DNA of 64,000 nucleotides, taken from positions 4,384,001-4,448,000 of the forward strand of contig OZ253564.1 of NCBI GenBank assembly GCA_965262915.1, written 5' to 3'. The number at the start of each line of letters is the position of its first letter. Position 1 is the stretch's first letter. Shown one piece after another: positions 44,049-52,891 of the stretch. This stretch comes from Candidatus Spongiisociaceae bacterium. Lineage in GTDB: Bacteria > Actinomycetota > Acidimicrobiia > Spongiisociales > Spongiisociaceae. A program made the translations under genes and the position numbers. Below the pieces are notes generated by a model. It searched no databases and was not told the DNA's origin. It saw only the letters and a list, made by a program, of their open reading frames with translations.

Positions 44049-45218
44049 TCAGTTGATCTTGAGTGAGGGTACGTAGTGGCCGTCAGCTCTGTGGTATACG
44101 GTCACTCGTTCAAGTACCTGTGGGTTGATGGCTTGGCCGACGGTGACCGCGGCCGAGAGGGGTATGGCTGCGGTGAGGTGGATGTTGCGGGTCTGTTTGT
44201 GGTTGTGTTCGATCGCTGCGAAGACGTCGTAGCAGGTTGAGCGGAAGTGGTCGAGTGTGGCGCGGGATTCGATGGCGTTGGCGTGGGGCGGGCTGTCACC
44301 GGCTAAGCGGATGGTGTAGGTGGGGAGGTCCTGGAGGTCGGCAGGGAGTTCGGCTCTGTGGATGGATCCGGACACGTTGATAACGACATTGACGGCGGTG
44401 GCAGGTGAGGGTGCTGGTGTCTCGACGACGAAGTCGCTCTCGTCGGCGGTGTCGGGCCAGTCCCAGGACTGGGTACGACGCGAGCGCTGGTAGATGTCGG
44501 TGCTGAAACTGTCGTCGAGTTTGGAGCCGAGGTAGACGAGCAGGGGTAGGCGGGCGAACGCAAAGACGCTGACGTGGCCGATGTGGTCGCGGGCGATGCC
44601 GTCTCGGAGACGTCCGTCGACGAGTTCGTCGATGGCTAGGCACGCGTCGGCGAAGTATGTGTCGCTGCTGGCCTGTTCGCTGGGGCGGCCGCGTAGATCG
44701 CATTCGATGGTGGCGTGGTCAACGGCGAGCGCGAAGTCGGGGAAGCGGTCGCCGGTTCTGAGGCAGGCGCTGGTGGCTTCGAGTCGGGTGCACTGCACGG
44801 TGTTGCCGTAGATATCGCCGATGACGCGGAGGACGACGGTTCGTTCGCGTTTGACCATCGCGGTGGCCTTGCGGATTCGGCGTTCGTGGTGACGTTTCGC
44901 TGTTTTGAGGGTGTCCACATCGAAGGCGGCGAGGTTGGCGGTGGCGTCGATCTGGGGATGGTGGTATGGGCATAGGAGCATGAGGTTGTCGGGGTCGTCG
45001 GGATCCTCGCCGGGGAGTAGATATTCATGGCGAGGCGACCTCGACTTGGTAGGCGAGGCCGGTTCGTGTCGGCGGGTGCGTCTCTTGCCCTTGATGTGGG
45101 CCACCTCGCCGACGTTGGGCGTGGCGGATCCGATGTCGCCGTCGAGGAGGTAGGTGTTGCACACTACGCACCGGCCGCCTGAGCGAACCCAGACTTTTCG
45201 TCGGTCCGAGTCCTTCAC
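44049..45218 (-). CDS. cap5: HNH-SAVED effector (Cap5-like)
   Basis: GGRCVVC, AHI, NLMLLCPYHH..ID; SAVED motifs FAFARLPLLVYLG, YQR, W.WP; GTG start overlaps the cap2 stop. Confidence 0.88.
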   Translation of the reverse strand: MKDSDRRKVWVRSGGRCVVCNTYLLDGDIGSATPNVGEVAHIKGKRRTRRHEPASPTKSRSPRHEYLLPGEDPDDPDNLMLLCPYHHPQIDATANLAAFDVDTLKTAKRHHERRIRKATAMVKRERTVVLRVIGDIYGNTVQCTRLEATSACLRTGDRFPDFALAVDHATIECDLRGRPSEQASSDTYFADACLAIDELVDGRLRDGIARDHIGHVSVFAFARLPLLVYLGSKLDDSFSTDIYQRSRRTQSWDWPDTADESDFVVETPAPSPATAVNVVINVSGSIHRAELPADLQDLPTYTIRLAGDSPPHANAIESRATLDHFRSTCYDVFAAIEHNHKQTRNIHLTAAIPLSAAVTVGQAINPQVLERVTVYHRADGHYVPSLKIN

Positions 45219-46945
45219 TGGTCGTACTCGAGGTAGCGATGGCCGGGGAGGTTGATGCCGGAGTGCGGCATGTTGATGAGGTGCATGCCAACAGTGTGGG
45301 CGCCGATGTGGCCCGCGATGAGGTTCAGCATTGTCGCGGCGAGGCCTGCAGCGTCGGCGGCCGAGCCGTGGAACGTCGGTGTCGAGCATCCCGGCATGGG
45401 CAGGACCAGGTCTCCAGGGTTCGGGTCGGTCCAGAACCGGTGGAACGGTTCGAGGCCACCTTGTGCGAGTACGGCCTGGCTCAGTTCGGTTTGGACGTGC
45501 ATGGGCGAGACCGCTCCGGAGCCGACGACGACTATGCCGAGGGTTGCTGATTGTGCGTCGGTTGCGACTGACGCTACGACCGGACCAGTAGTTGGAGTGT
45601 CGGCCATCGCAGCCTGCAGGAATGCGCCAACGGACTCGGAGACCGTGGCGTCGATGAGGAGGTCGCAGTCGGGGACAGCGCCGGCGCCGACTGCGGATCC
45701 GGGCTTGGCGTCGATTTGTGCGAGGTCGGCTATGGCGTCAAGGCGGGCCTTCAGTTGGGTGGCCTTGGCGAAGCCGACGTCGTCCTCGGTGAAGTTCTGG
45801 CGGACAAGGAGGTCGCCTTGGACGCCGCCGTGGTCTCTGAGCGTGAGGTGTGCGACACCGGCTCGGATCAGGTATTCGCCGAGCCAGGAGCCGAGTCCGC
45901 CGCAGCCCCACAGCTCGACGGCGCGGCCGCGTAGCGCAGTGACGGGCCTGGTTTCGTCGCGTCGGGTTGCGTGTTCGGGTCGTTGATCCGACATGTTGCA
46001 CCATTCGATGGGAGTGTCGTGTCCGATTGCTAGGGATATCTCCGCTGGGGAGCGCGCAGCTGGGTTCCAGGAGTCAGATCGGATCGTGATGCGTCCGACG
46101 CACAGGTGCCAACCCGGCTCGGGAAGCGATGGCTGGCGGGCGACGGCCAACACGACGTAGAGGAGGCCGCTGGGGCCGTCGGCTGCGTGGGTCCGTTCGA
46201 GCGCGCCGGCGATCGCGTGCCAGGGCGGCCCGCCTGCGGCCTTAAGCGCTGCTCGGAGTTGGCCGACGGTGTTTCCGGGCCCGTAGGGCATGCGGTCGGG
46301 GACCGAGATGGTGAGCACACGAAGCGCTGGGCGCACAGCGTTCTTGGCAGGCGGGTCGATGTCGATGCGGCGGGCCGTGCGGGGCGTGGCGGATCCGAGC
46401 GATAGGGGCTTTCCTGGGATGCCGGGGAATCGGCGTACGACTGTGGTCGGCGCTCCACTGGTCACGGGGTTTCGGCCGCCGATGGGGTGGAACAGCGCGG
46501 TCGCGGCGTCGAAGCGGTCGTTGGCGGCGTTGTCGAGGAACTTCCAGATCTGTTCGAGGACATCGCGCATCCCACCAGATGGATGCCACTCGCGGTCTTC
46601 GTCGAGATAGATGCAGAGCTCTTTGCCGTAGAGGACGTGGACGACGTCGACGAAGCGGTTGTGCTGGACGTACACCGTGGGCGTTTTCGCCGGGAAGCGA
46701 GGCCCGACGACGATGGTTACGTCCTCTTGGTCGGCCAGTAGTTCCGAAGCCGATGGCGCGTCGATCGTGCGTGTCGAAAGGGAGACGTCCACTGCCAGAT
46801 AGGCGTGCTCTGCAGTGGGGGATGTTATGCATTGGGGTTGGCCGACAGCGACTATGTCATGCGGCTTCGCGGCGGCGAGGTCGCGCAGTTCAGCGAGTGC
46901 GGCCTTCTGGCCGGGGGACCACGCCGGTTTGCGGGAGCGCCTCAT
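45215..46945 (-). CDS. cap2: CBASS E2-E1 fusion (Cap2-like)
   Basis: E2 FP...P..HV...LC.Y; ThiF GCGGLGS, LVRQNF, K; PGCSTPTFHGS. Confidence 0.88.
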   Translation of the reverse strand: MRRSRKPAWSPGQKAALAELRDLAAAKPHDIVAVGQPQCITSPTAEHAYLAVDVSLSTRTIDAPSASELLADQEDVTIVVGPRFPAKTPTVYVQHNRFVDVVHVLYGKELCIYLDEDREWHPSGGMRDVLEQIWKFLDNAANDRFDAATALFHPIGGRNPVTSGAPTTVVRRFPGIPGKPLSLGSATPRTARRIDIDPPAKNAVRPALRVLTISVPDRMPYGPGNTVGQLRAALKAAGGPPWHAIAGALERTHAADGPSGLLYVVLAVARQPSLPEPGWHLCVGRITIRSDSWNPAARSPAEISLAIGHDTPIEWCNMSDQRPEHATRRDETRPVTALRGRAVELWGCGGLGSWLGEYLIRAGVAHLTLRDHGGVQGDLLVRQNFTEDDVGFAKATQLKARLDAIADLAQIDAKPGSAVGAGAVPDCDLLIDATVSESVGAFLQAAMADTPTTGPVVASVATDAQSATLGIVVVGSGAVSPMHVQTELSQAVLAQGGLEPFHRFWTDPNPGDLVLPMPGCSTPTFHGSAADAAGLAATMLNLIAGHIGAHTVGMHLINMPHSGINLPGHRYLEYDQ

Positions 46946-47952
46946 CCGCCTTGTGGCTTGCGATACGACGCGCTCGCGACCGCGCCAACGCCGAGGCGAT
47001 TCGAGTTCTTCTTAGGCGCCGGCGCCGGGAAGCCGTCACCGAAGACCTCTTTCCAGAGCTTGACCGACTCGTCGCTGTCGGACTCAAGGTATGCGGCTTC
47101 GATATCGGCGGCGTGCTTGTGGATCTCGTTGCGGAACGTGTCGTAGGCGGCTTGGTCCCAGCGATGGTCGAAGTCGACGGGGGTGCCGTCGGGACGTTGA
47201 GCCCCGGAGGGGTCAACGATGGTCGGTACTTCGGCGTTGTCTTGCAGGTAGTCGTCGAGGTCTTTGACGATGTGCAACAGTGCGGTCGGGAGGTTGTCGT
47301 AGTAGCCGGGGTCGGCGGCTTTGCGGTCGGCGGTGACTTGGGCCCCAACCAGTGCCGTCAAGATGACTGATGGTGTGCCTTCGAAGGTGCCGTGGTGGTC
47401 GCGGAGGTACTTCAGGAGCCGGATGACCTTGCGCATGTTGTGGTTGGCGATCTTGTCCTTGGCGTGCATCCAGGCGGTAAAGCCTTCGGGGTCGGTGTCT
47501 TCCCAGTCGTCGATGTCTCGATTGACAATGACCTTGCGACCGTCGTCAAGGATTCGGTAGGGGACGAGGTCGACGTGGTGCTCGCTGGCGTAGATCACCC
47601 GGACGCAGCGCGACTTGGTGTCGTCGTCGACCATGTCGCTGTAGGTTCCGTGGCGAGCGAGGGCCGCTTCGAGTTCGACGAGATACGAGCTTGGGCTGCC
47701 GTCCCAGTCAGGATGCCCGTCAAGCTTGATTAGGACGTCTGCGTCGAACTCGTGGCCTTCGATCGGTTTGATGATCGTTTCATGAGGCCATGACCCCTGC
47801 GGGATCTTGTCGACGACATAGGGGCCGAACGTGTCGTCACCGCTGAGGGCATCGAAGATAGCGTCGACGTTGGTTTCTAGTTCGTCGAGGCGTGTCTGGT
47901 TGATGTTGACGACGTTGTCCATGAATTCGGTGAACGACGAGATGTGCATCAT
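46942..47952 (-). CDS. CD-NTase (SMODS cyclic oligonucleotide synthase)
   Basis: QGSW...TIIKP....EFDADV, KSRCV, HVDLVP, IRLLKYLRD; C-terminal GG. Confidence 0.92.
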   Translation of the reverse strand: MMHISSFTEFMDNVVNINQTRLDELETNVDAIFDALSGDDTFGPYVVDKIPQGSWPHETIIKPIEGHEFDADVLIKLDGHPDWDGSPSSYLVELEAALARHGTYSDMVDDDTKSRCVRVIYASEHHVDLVPYRILDDGRKVIVNRDIDDWEDTDPEGFTAWMHAKDKIANHNMRKVIRLLKYLRDHHGTFEGTPSVILTALVGAQVTADRKAADPGYYDNLPTALLHIVKDLDDYLQDNAEVPTIVDPSGAQRPDGTPVDFDHRWDQAAYDTFRNEIHKHAADIEAAYLESDSDESVKLWKEVFGDGFPAPAPKKNSNRLGVGAVASASYRKPQGG

Positions 47953-47958
47953 CGGAGG

Positions 47959-48291
47959 TCAGCCTTTCTGCTGAGATCGGGAGTGCCCCGAGCGCTGTTC
48001 GCCCGTGGTCTGAGACCACTTCGCGGTCAGTATGACGACGGGGTGTGACAGTCGCGATGTGAGCGTCGGCGGAGAGACGGCCCTCGTGCCGGTGCGCAAG
48101 TACCTCCCATTTCGACCCTGCACGACGCGGATCCCGGTACCTCCAAACTCCCACGGCACGTGGTACACGTGGGTCTTGGCGTCGATGTCGCGGATCCCGG
48201 TCGGCTTGGAGACGGACGAGCAGGTCGAGGACCGGTTGCGCAGATGGGTGATCGCGCCGTCTTTGCCGGATCGGGTCACTGCTCTGTTCAT
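47959..48291 (-). CDS. DUF3892-like small protein with degenerate C-terminus
   Basis: VT..GKDG.ITHL..IRDID..YHV..IRVV.G..GRYLRT; GGAG RBS. Confidence 0.6.
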   Translation of the reverse strand: MNRAVTRSGKDGAITHLRNRSSTCSSVSKPTGIRDIDAKTHVYHVPWEFGGTGIRVVQGRNGRYLRTGTRAVSPPTLTSRLSHPVVILTAKWSQTTGEQRSGHSRSQQKG

Positions 48292-48305
48292 CGGGACTCC
48301 CTGTG

Positions 48306-48417
48306 GTTCACTATCCAAAACACGGTGGTTTGTGGTAACGAACATACAGGCTCGGGCCGCCGATGTCAACCATCGCGCGCAGAAATGTTTGAGATTGCGA
48401 ACGAGTGGTGCCATAAT
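48306..48417. promoter_or_regulatory. Divergent sigma70 promoters with three GTTY-N8-RAAC boxes
   Basis: Minus strand TTGACA-17-TATGTT (48369-48341); plus strand TTGAGA-17-CATAAT (48389-48417); boxes at 48306, 48328, 48387. Confidence 0.7.
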
Positions 48418-48424
48418 CTGTTGC

Positions 48425-48814
48425 ATGGCGACGAACTCACTGGCCGGCCGGCTCCGCGATGTGCGTACTGTGCAGTCGCTTTCGCTTACGGAGGTCGCAA
48501 CTCGCGCTCGGATCTCCAAGGGGTATCTTTCCCAACTCGAACACGGTGCCTCGACGACGCCGAGCCATGATGTGTTACGTCGTTTGGCGACGGCGTTGGG
48601 TACCTCGATCGCTGATCTGACGGGCACCTCTGAAACCTGGCAGCCAGGCGAAGCCGACAAGCTGCCGGCGGCGCTTCGGGCCTTCGCCCGCAGCGCCAAG
48701 ATCCCCGAGGCCGACGTTGAGATGCTGGCCGGGATTCACTACCGAGGTAAGCAACCAGGAGAACCCGACGATTGGGCCCACATCTATGAAACGATCAAGC
48801 GCACAATCCGCTAA
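48425..48814 (+). CDS. XRE HTH repressor, CapH-like
   Basis: ISKGYLSQLEHG..PS; C-terminal LAGIHYRGKQP...DW..IYETIK; divergent from CBASS. Confidence 0.8.
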   Translation: MATNSLAGRLRDVRTVQSLSLTEVATRARISKGYLSQLEHGASTTPSHDVLRRLATALGTSIADLTGTSETWQPGEADKLPAALRAFARSAKIPEADVEMLAGIHYRGKQPGEPDDWAHIYETIKRTIR

Positions 48815-48825
48815 CAGGGAGAACC

Positions 48826-49311
48826 ATGACTCTTCGTGAACACATTTCTGGCGTAGAAAGCGTCGCGAGTCTGACGGGGCTGGGACGGCTGGCTGATCGA
48901 GCGGCGCTGGCGGTGCACCGGGCCGAGATCGGCGCGCTTGACGACGACGGTCGTAAGGCACTCCACGACGCCCGAACCCTACTAGTGCAGTTGCAGAGCT
49001 TCGCAGGGATGACTGTGCCGACTCGCGCGGCCCTGCAGGCTATGGGCCCCATCTCAGTACTCGAAGAGACGTTCGGAGCTGCGTCGCGAACGAACGACCA
49101 AGTCGATGTCGGCTCGTTCGTTGAGCAGCTGATCGAGTCGATCGACTCGATCGTCGCGGGATCAGGAACCGCCGAACAAACTCGCGTCGTCGCCACGTTC
49201 TTCGATGGCCTCGGCGCGGCGACCCTCGATCGCGCGATGTCGATGGCACGGCGCGGCCCGGAACGGAGACAAAGATGGATGAGCGAGGCCTTGAGCTCGT
49301 CAAACGCCTGA
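48826..49311 (+). CDS. Hypothetical helical protein
   Basis: GGAG RBS; 11 nt after the HTH stop. Confidence 0.7.
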   Translation: MTLREHISGVESVASLTGLGRLADRAALAVHRAEIGALDDDGRKALHDARTLLVQLQSFAGMTVPTRAALQAMGPISVLEETFGAASRTNDQVDVGSFVEQLIESIDSIVAGSGTAEQTRVVATFFDGLGAATLDRAMSMARRGPERRQRWMSEALSSSNA

Positions 49312-50534
49312 TCGCTGGCCACATCGGCAGCGCGCTTCGAGGGCAACCGAAGAGCCACTCCGGCCGAGGCGCCCGGCTCTTTGACCTGCACCGCCGAGTG
49401 ATCGAACAGGCCGAAGAGACACTTTCAGACGTTGACGCCAAACTCGAAGCCAGCGACGACGCCAAGATCCGGCGCTACGCGGAGCGGGCGCTGCATCGGA
49501 CGCTGACAGAGGTCGAGATCATTCTGCCGTTTCTGCGACCGCTGATGGAAAGCGTTCGCAGAGATGACGTACCGATCGGCATGCTGGTAGCGCTCGACTC
49601 GGCTATCGAAGCGTTGCTGCCCGCAGGCGCGGACCCCGTTGTCCACTTCGACAGCGCCCACATGTACTCGACGCTCGACCTGTACGAGATGCTCAACTGG
49701 CCACAGGAGAACGAGCCAACACCGGTCGCGTTCTTCGTGCCGGTGCTGAGCCCGTTCAACGCTCTCATGACCCCGCTGCTCGTCCACGAGATCGGACATA
49801 CTGCGATCCTCCAAGCGAACCTGGGGAGCGCTGCGGTGAGCGTTGCGAGCGACGAGCTCAACAGGTTGCTCGCGCGGTACGTCTCCGATGCAGAAACCAA
49901 AACCCGCTTCGAGGTCCAAACCCAGCTTGTGGGCTGGGTTGACGAGCTGCTCTGTGACAGCTTGGCGACAGCGATCTGTGGTCCTAGCTACCTCTTTTCC
50001 GCGGCCTCATTCCTTCCGGCCACGGCGCACGACGACCCCGCGAGCAGCCACCCCTTCCCGAGCGACCGACTCCGCTTCTCCCTGGCGTCGTTGGAGGCCA
50101 GCGGCTGGAGCGACTTCATGGAGGCCACATGTCCCGAGACCGTCGGATGGCTCCGGCGGCGGGCGACTCCCCGCACGCCAACATCGGGACATGAGCGGTT
50201 CCTGCGCGAGGCATGCGAGGCACTGGCGCCGGCGATCGAGTCGACAGTCTCTAAACATGTCTCGGAGGCGATTGACGCCGAGGGGTACGCCGCGGTCGCT
50301 CCGCACGCCTTGGATCAACTGCGCATGCGCGTGCCAGCAAGTGAGATCAACCAGAAGCCCATCGAACCGTGGCAGATCCTGGTGCTGGGATGGCAGTGGT
50401 CCTTCGAGGTTCACGGCGACTCACCGGCAACCCTGGCTCAGGCGCCAAACGACCCCGAGCTGAGCCGAGTGCTGTTACGCGCCATCGAGATGGCGCAGAT
50501 CCGTCGCCTATGGAGCGATCACGATGCTGTCTGA
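49275..50534 (+). CDS. HExxH (gluzincin-like) protein
   Basis: LLVHEIGH, WVDELLCD...GPSY, SHP...R; overlaps both neighbours. Confidence 0.7.
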   Translation: MDERGLELVKRLIAGHIGSALRGQPKSHSGRGARLFDLHRRVIEQAEETLSDVDAKLEASDDAKIRRYAERALHRTLTEVEIILPFLRPLMESVRRDDVPIGMLVALDSAIEALLPAGADPVVHFDSAHMYSTLDLYEMLNWPQENEPTPVAFFVPVLSPFNALMTPLLVHEIGHTAILQANLGSAAVSVASDELNRLLARYVSDAETKTRFEVQTQLVGWVDELLCDSLATAICGPSYLFSAASFLPATAHDDPASSHPFPSDRLRFSLASLEASGWSDFMEATCPETVGWLRRRATPRTPTSGHERFLREACEALAPAIESTVSKHVSEAIDAEGYAAVAPHALDQLRMRVPASEINQKPIEPWQILVLGWQWSFEVHGDSPATLAQAPNDPELSRVLLRAIEMAQIRRLWSDHDAV

Positions 50535-51162
50535 CATCGCCATCCGCGCCGTCCTCAACCATCACGATGCGGACCAGCGGCTTGTCGTGTGCCCGATGCT
50601 CGACGCCGAACAGATCGGCTCGGCATCGATCGATCTTCGCCTCGGCACCGAGTTCATGGAAGTACAGCGAACGAAGCAAGGCGTCCTCGACCCGTTCTCT
50701 GAACACGATGAGCAGCGCTTCAACGTCCCGTTTGGCAACCAACTCATCATCCACCCGGGCCAGTTTCTGTTGGGGTCGACACTCGAGTACCTACGAGTAC
50801 CGCGCCAGCTCGCAGGCCAAATCCTGAACCGGTCTTCATGGGCCCGCAACGGTCTCCTCGTCGCCACAGCAGTGAGCGTGCACCCGGGGTTCACTGGCGC
50901 GCTGACACTCGAACTGGTCAACGGCGGAACCGTTCCCCTCAACCTCATCACCGGAACTCGGATCTGCCAACTCGTGCTCTGGAAACTCGACCAGGAGACC
51001 TCACAGCCATATCCCGACTCTGCCAAGTACGACACACCCCTCGGCCCGCAGCCATCAAGACTCAGCCGAGAGGCCGAGGAACAGACCCGGATCATGGCCG
51101 TCGGTAACCGGCTCCGGGGCCTCTTCCCGAAAGCAAGCGAAACCGATACACACGCAGAATGA
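50524..51162 (+). CDS. dcd: dCTP deaminase (dUTPase fold)
   Basis: MLSD, ASIDLRLG, F.LG.TLE, RSSWAR.G, PGF.G.LTLEL, RICQL, KY. Confidence 0.9.
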   Translation: MLSDIAIRAVLNHHDADQRLVVCPMLDAEQIGSASIDLRLGTEFMEVQRTKQGVLDPFSEHDEQRFNVPFGNQLIIHPGQFLLGSTLEYLRVPRQLAGQILNRSSWARNGLLVATAVSVHPGFTGALTLELVNGGTVPLNLITGTRICQLVLWKLDQETSQPYPDSAKYDTPLGPQPSRLSREAEEQTRIMAVGNRLRGLFPKASETDTHAE

Positions 51163-51585
51163 GCGCGAACCGCAACTTGGAGTCTTACCCCATCCATACA
51201 CACATATGTAACTGCACAACCGCAAATAGGTGAACCCAACGGGGATCGACGGTGCCCGAGAACTCCCACTACTGGTCTGCCCAGACTTATGCCGCGGTCG
51301 AGATAGAAGAATCTCGAACCAGGCCATCCACCACAGGGGCTTGGAGCCAGAGGGTTCTCCGCTCTCATCACAGACACCACCCCAGACATCCAGCTTCGCC
51401 TCGTTTCGGCGCCGAGGTTGGCCGGTGTTCGGAGGCCGATTTCGGGTGCTGTCCCGCCGAAACGTGGTACTAAAAGTGGGACGTGACCACTCGACCGTTG
51501 CCTAGCACACCCTGTTAGCTGGCTGTTCGCCGTTGTGGGCAGCGGAGTACCCCTCCGCTGGGGACTCAGGGGAGCCAAGACCACC

Positions 51586-52095
51586 CTACGGCTGCCCGTC
51601 GACCTCGTGGGGGATCATCGGGGACATACCGGCCGCAGCCGCCACGTCCTGCTGGGGATGCTCGGCGGAGAGCGCGACGGAGAGGGCCTCATACCAGCGC
51701 TGGCGGGCGATGTCCAGGGCCCCGGTAGCCACGTCCTGCTGGGGATGCCCGGCGGAGAGCGCGACGGAGAGGGCCTCATACCAGCGCTGGCGGGCGATGT
51801 GCAGGGCCCCGGTAGCCGCTGCGAGGTTCTCTAGGTCGGTGGGTGGTTGCCGCCCGCAGCCGCCCTTCTCTTCGGCCTCGCGGCGACGCTCGTCGGTTCG
51901 GTAGTCGATGTGTTGGTCGGCTTTCCGTTGGTTGCAGGGTCGGCAGAGGGTTTGGAGGTTGTTCCAACCGCTCTTCCCGTCGGCGGCTTTGGGGAGTATG
52001 TGGTCTACCTGAAGCTTGCTGCTGCTTCTACAGTAGAGGCAGCGTTTCTTATCGAGGTGACGGACCTGTCGTTTACGCTTTGGTGTGATGGCCAT
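51586..52095 (-). CDS. HNH endonuclease with an 87-bp in-frame duplication
   Basis: CLYC..VDHILP..NLQTLCRPCN.RK; 29-aa repeat at ~51640-51817. Confidence 0.8.
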   Translation of the reverse strand: MAITPKRKRQVRHLDKKRCLYCRSSSKLQVDHILPKAADGKSGWNNLQTLCRPCNQRKADQHIDYRTDERRREAEEKGGCGRQPPTDLENLAAATGALHIARQRWYEALSVALSAGHPQQDVATGALDIARQRWYEALSVALSAEHPQQDVAAAAGMSPMIPHEVDGQP

Positions 52096-52350
52096 TCGCC
52101 GGAGCATAGGGGGACACTGTGACGCCCTCCCGCAGCGGAGACAGGTTTTGGGGTGTTTTCGCCCGAAACTGACGGCTCGAAAACGCTTGGAGGCTGAGGC
52201 CGGGTCTGGCCTGGCCCTTCCCCGCTGCCAACAACGGACGACCCTTCCGCTGCGGGAATTAGGCAGGCCGGGCATCTCAGGACAGCCAGCGCCACAGCCC
52301 CCCGTCCAGATCCTCGCCGGAGGTGATGACCTCGGATCCGGCGTGTAGCT

Positions 52351-52688
52351 GGGGTGACCGTAGTAAATGGACAAAGTGTTACGGTTTCGGGGGGATCCGT
52401 AGGGGTCGGAGTTGGCCGTGGGGTGGTGGTGCGGGGTTGGTGAAGTCGTATCGGCCGTAGAGGTTGATGTGTTTGTGGGTGGCGGGGGAGAGATGGGTGA
52501 GGTGATGGTCGGGGGGGTGTGTTCCGGTTGCTTTGAGGTCGGACGGCCAACAGCCAAGTCCGAAACCCCGCCTCCCTGCATCGCCGCTACTCCTGGTCAG
52601 GAGCCGACTGCGGCAGCAGGTACTGGCCGCTGGTCATGAAACCGTAACATTTTGTCTGTGGCCTCCGTCCATTTACTACGGTCACCCC
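52351..52688. mobile_element. Second Tn3-like MITE
   Basis: IR GGGGTGACCGTAGTAAATGGAC..GTTACGGTTTC; right IR carries a 10-bp insert. Confidence 0.7.
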
Positions 52689-52891
52689 GCTCCCTTCTGC
52701 CCAGGTGAAGATCCGCCGGGTCGGCGTCGTGCGGACGCTGATATCGAGGATGACAAGTGACCAGTCTTGGCGGGTGGCGCGGTCGGCTAGGGCGAGGATG
52801 TCGGAGGAGTTACGGCCGAAGACGGGAGACGACCGACACGTCAGCCCGGCCTTCGTTGAGGCCCTGGAGGATGCGCCTTATTGGGCTCATC

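Noticed and set aside
44049-45389. ORF-track starts for cap5 (45389), the HTH (48032), the Ubl (2890) and the HNH (52581)
   Set aside because: The extensions overlap neighbouring genes or elements; shorter starts with an RBS, promoter, translational coupling or domain boundary were used.
49275-50534. Calling the HExxH protein CapP/IrrE
   Set aside because: Longer than CapP and lacks a recognisable IrrE pattern beyond HExxH; left unassigned.
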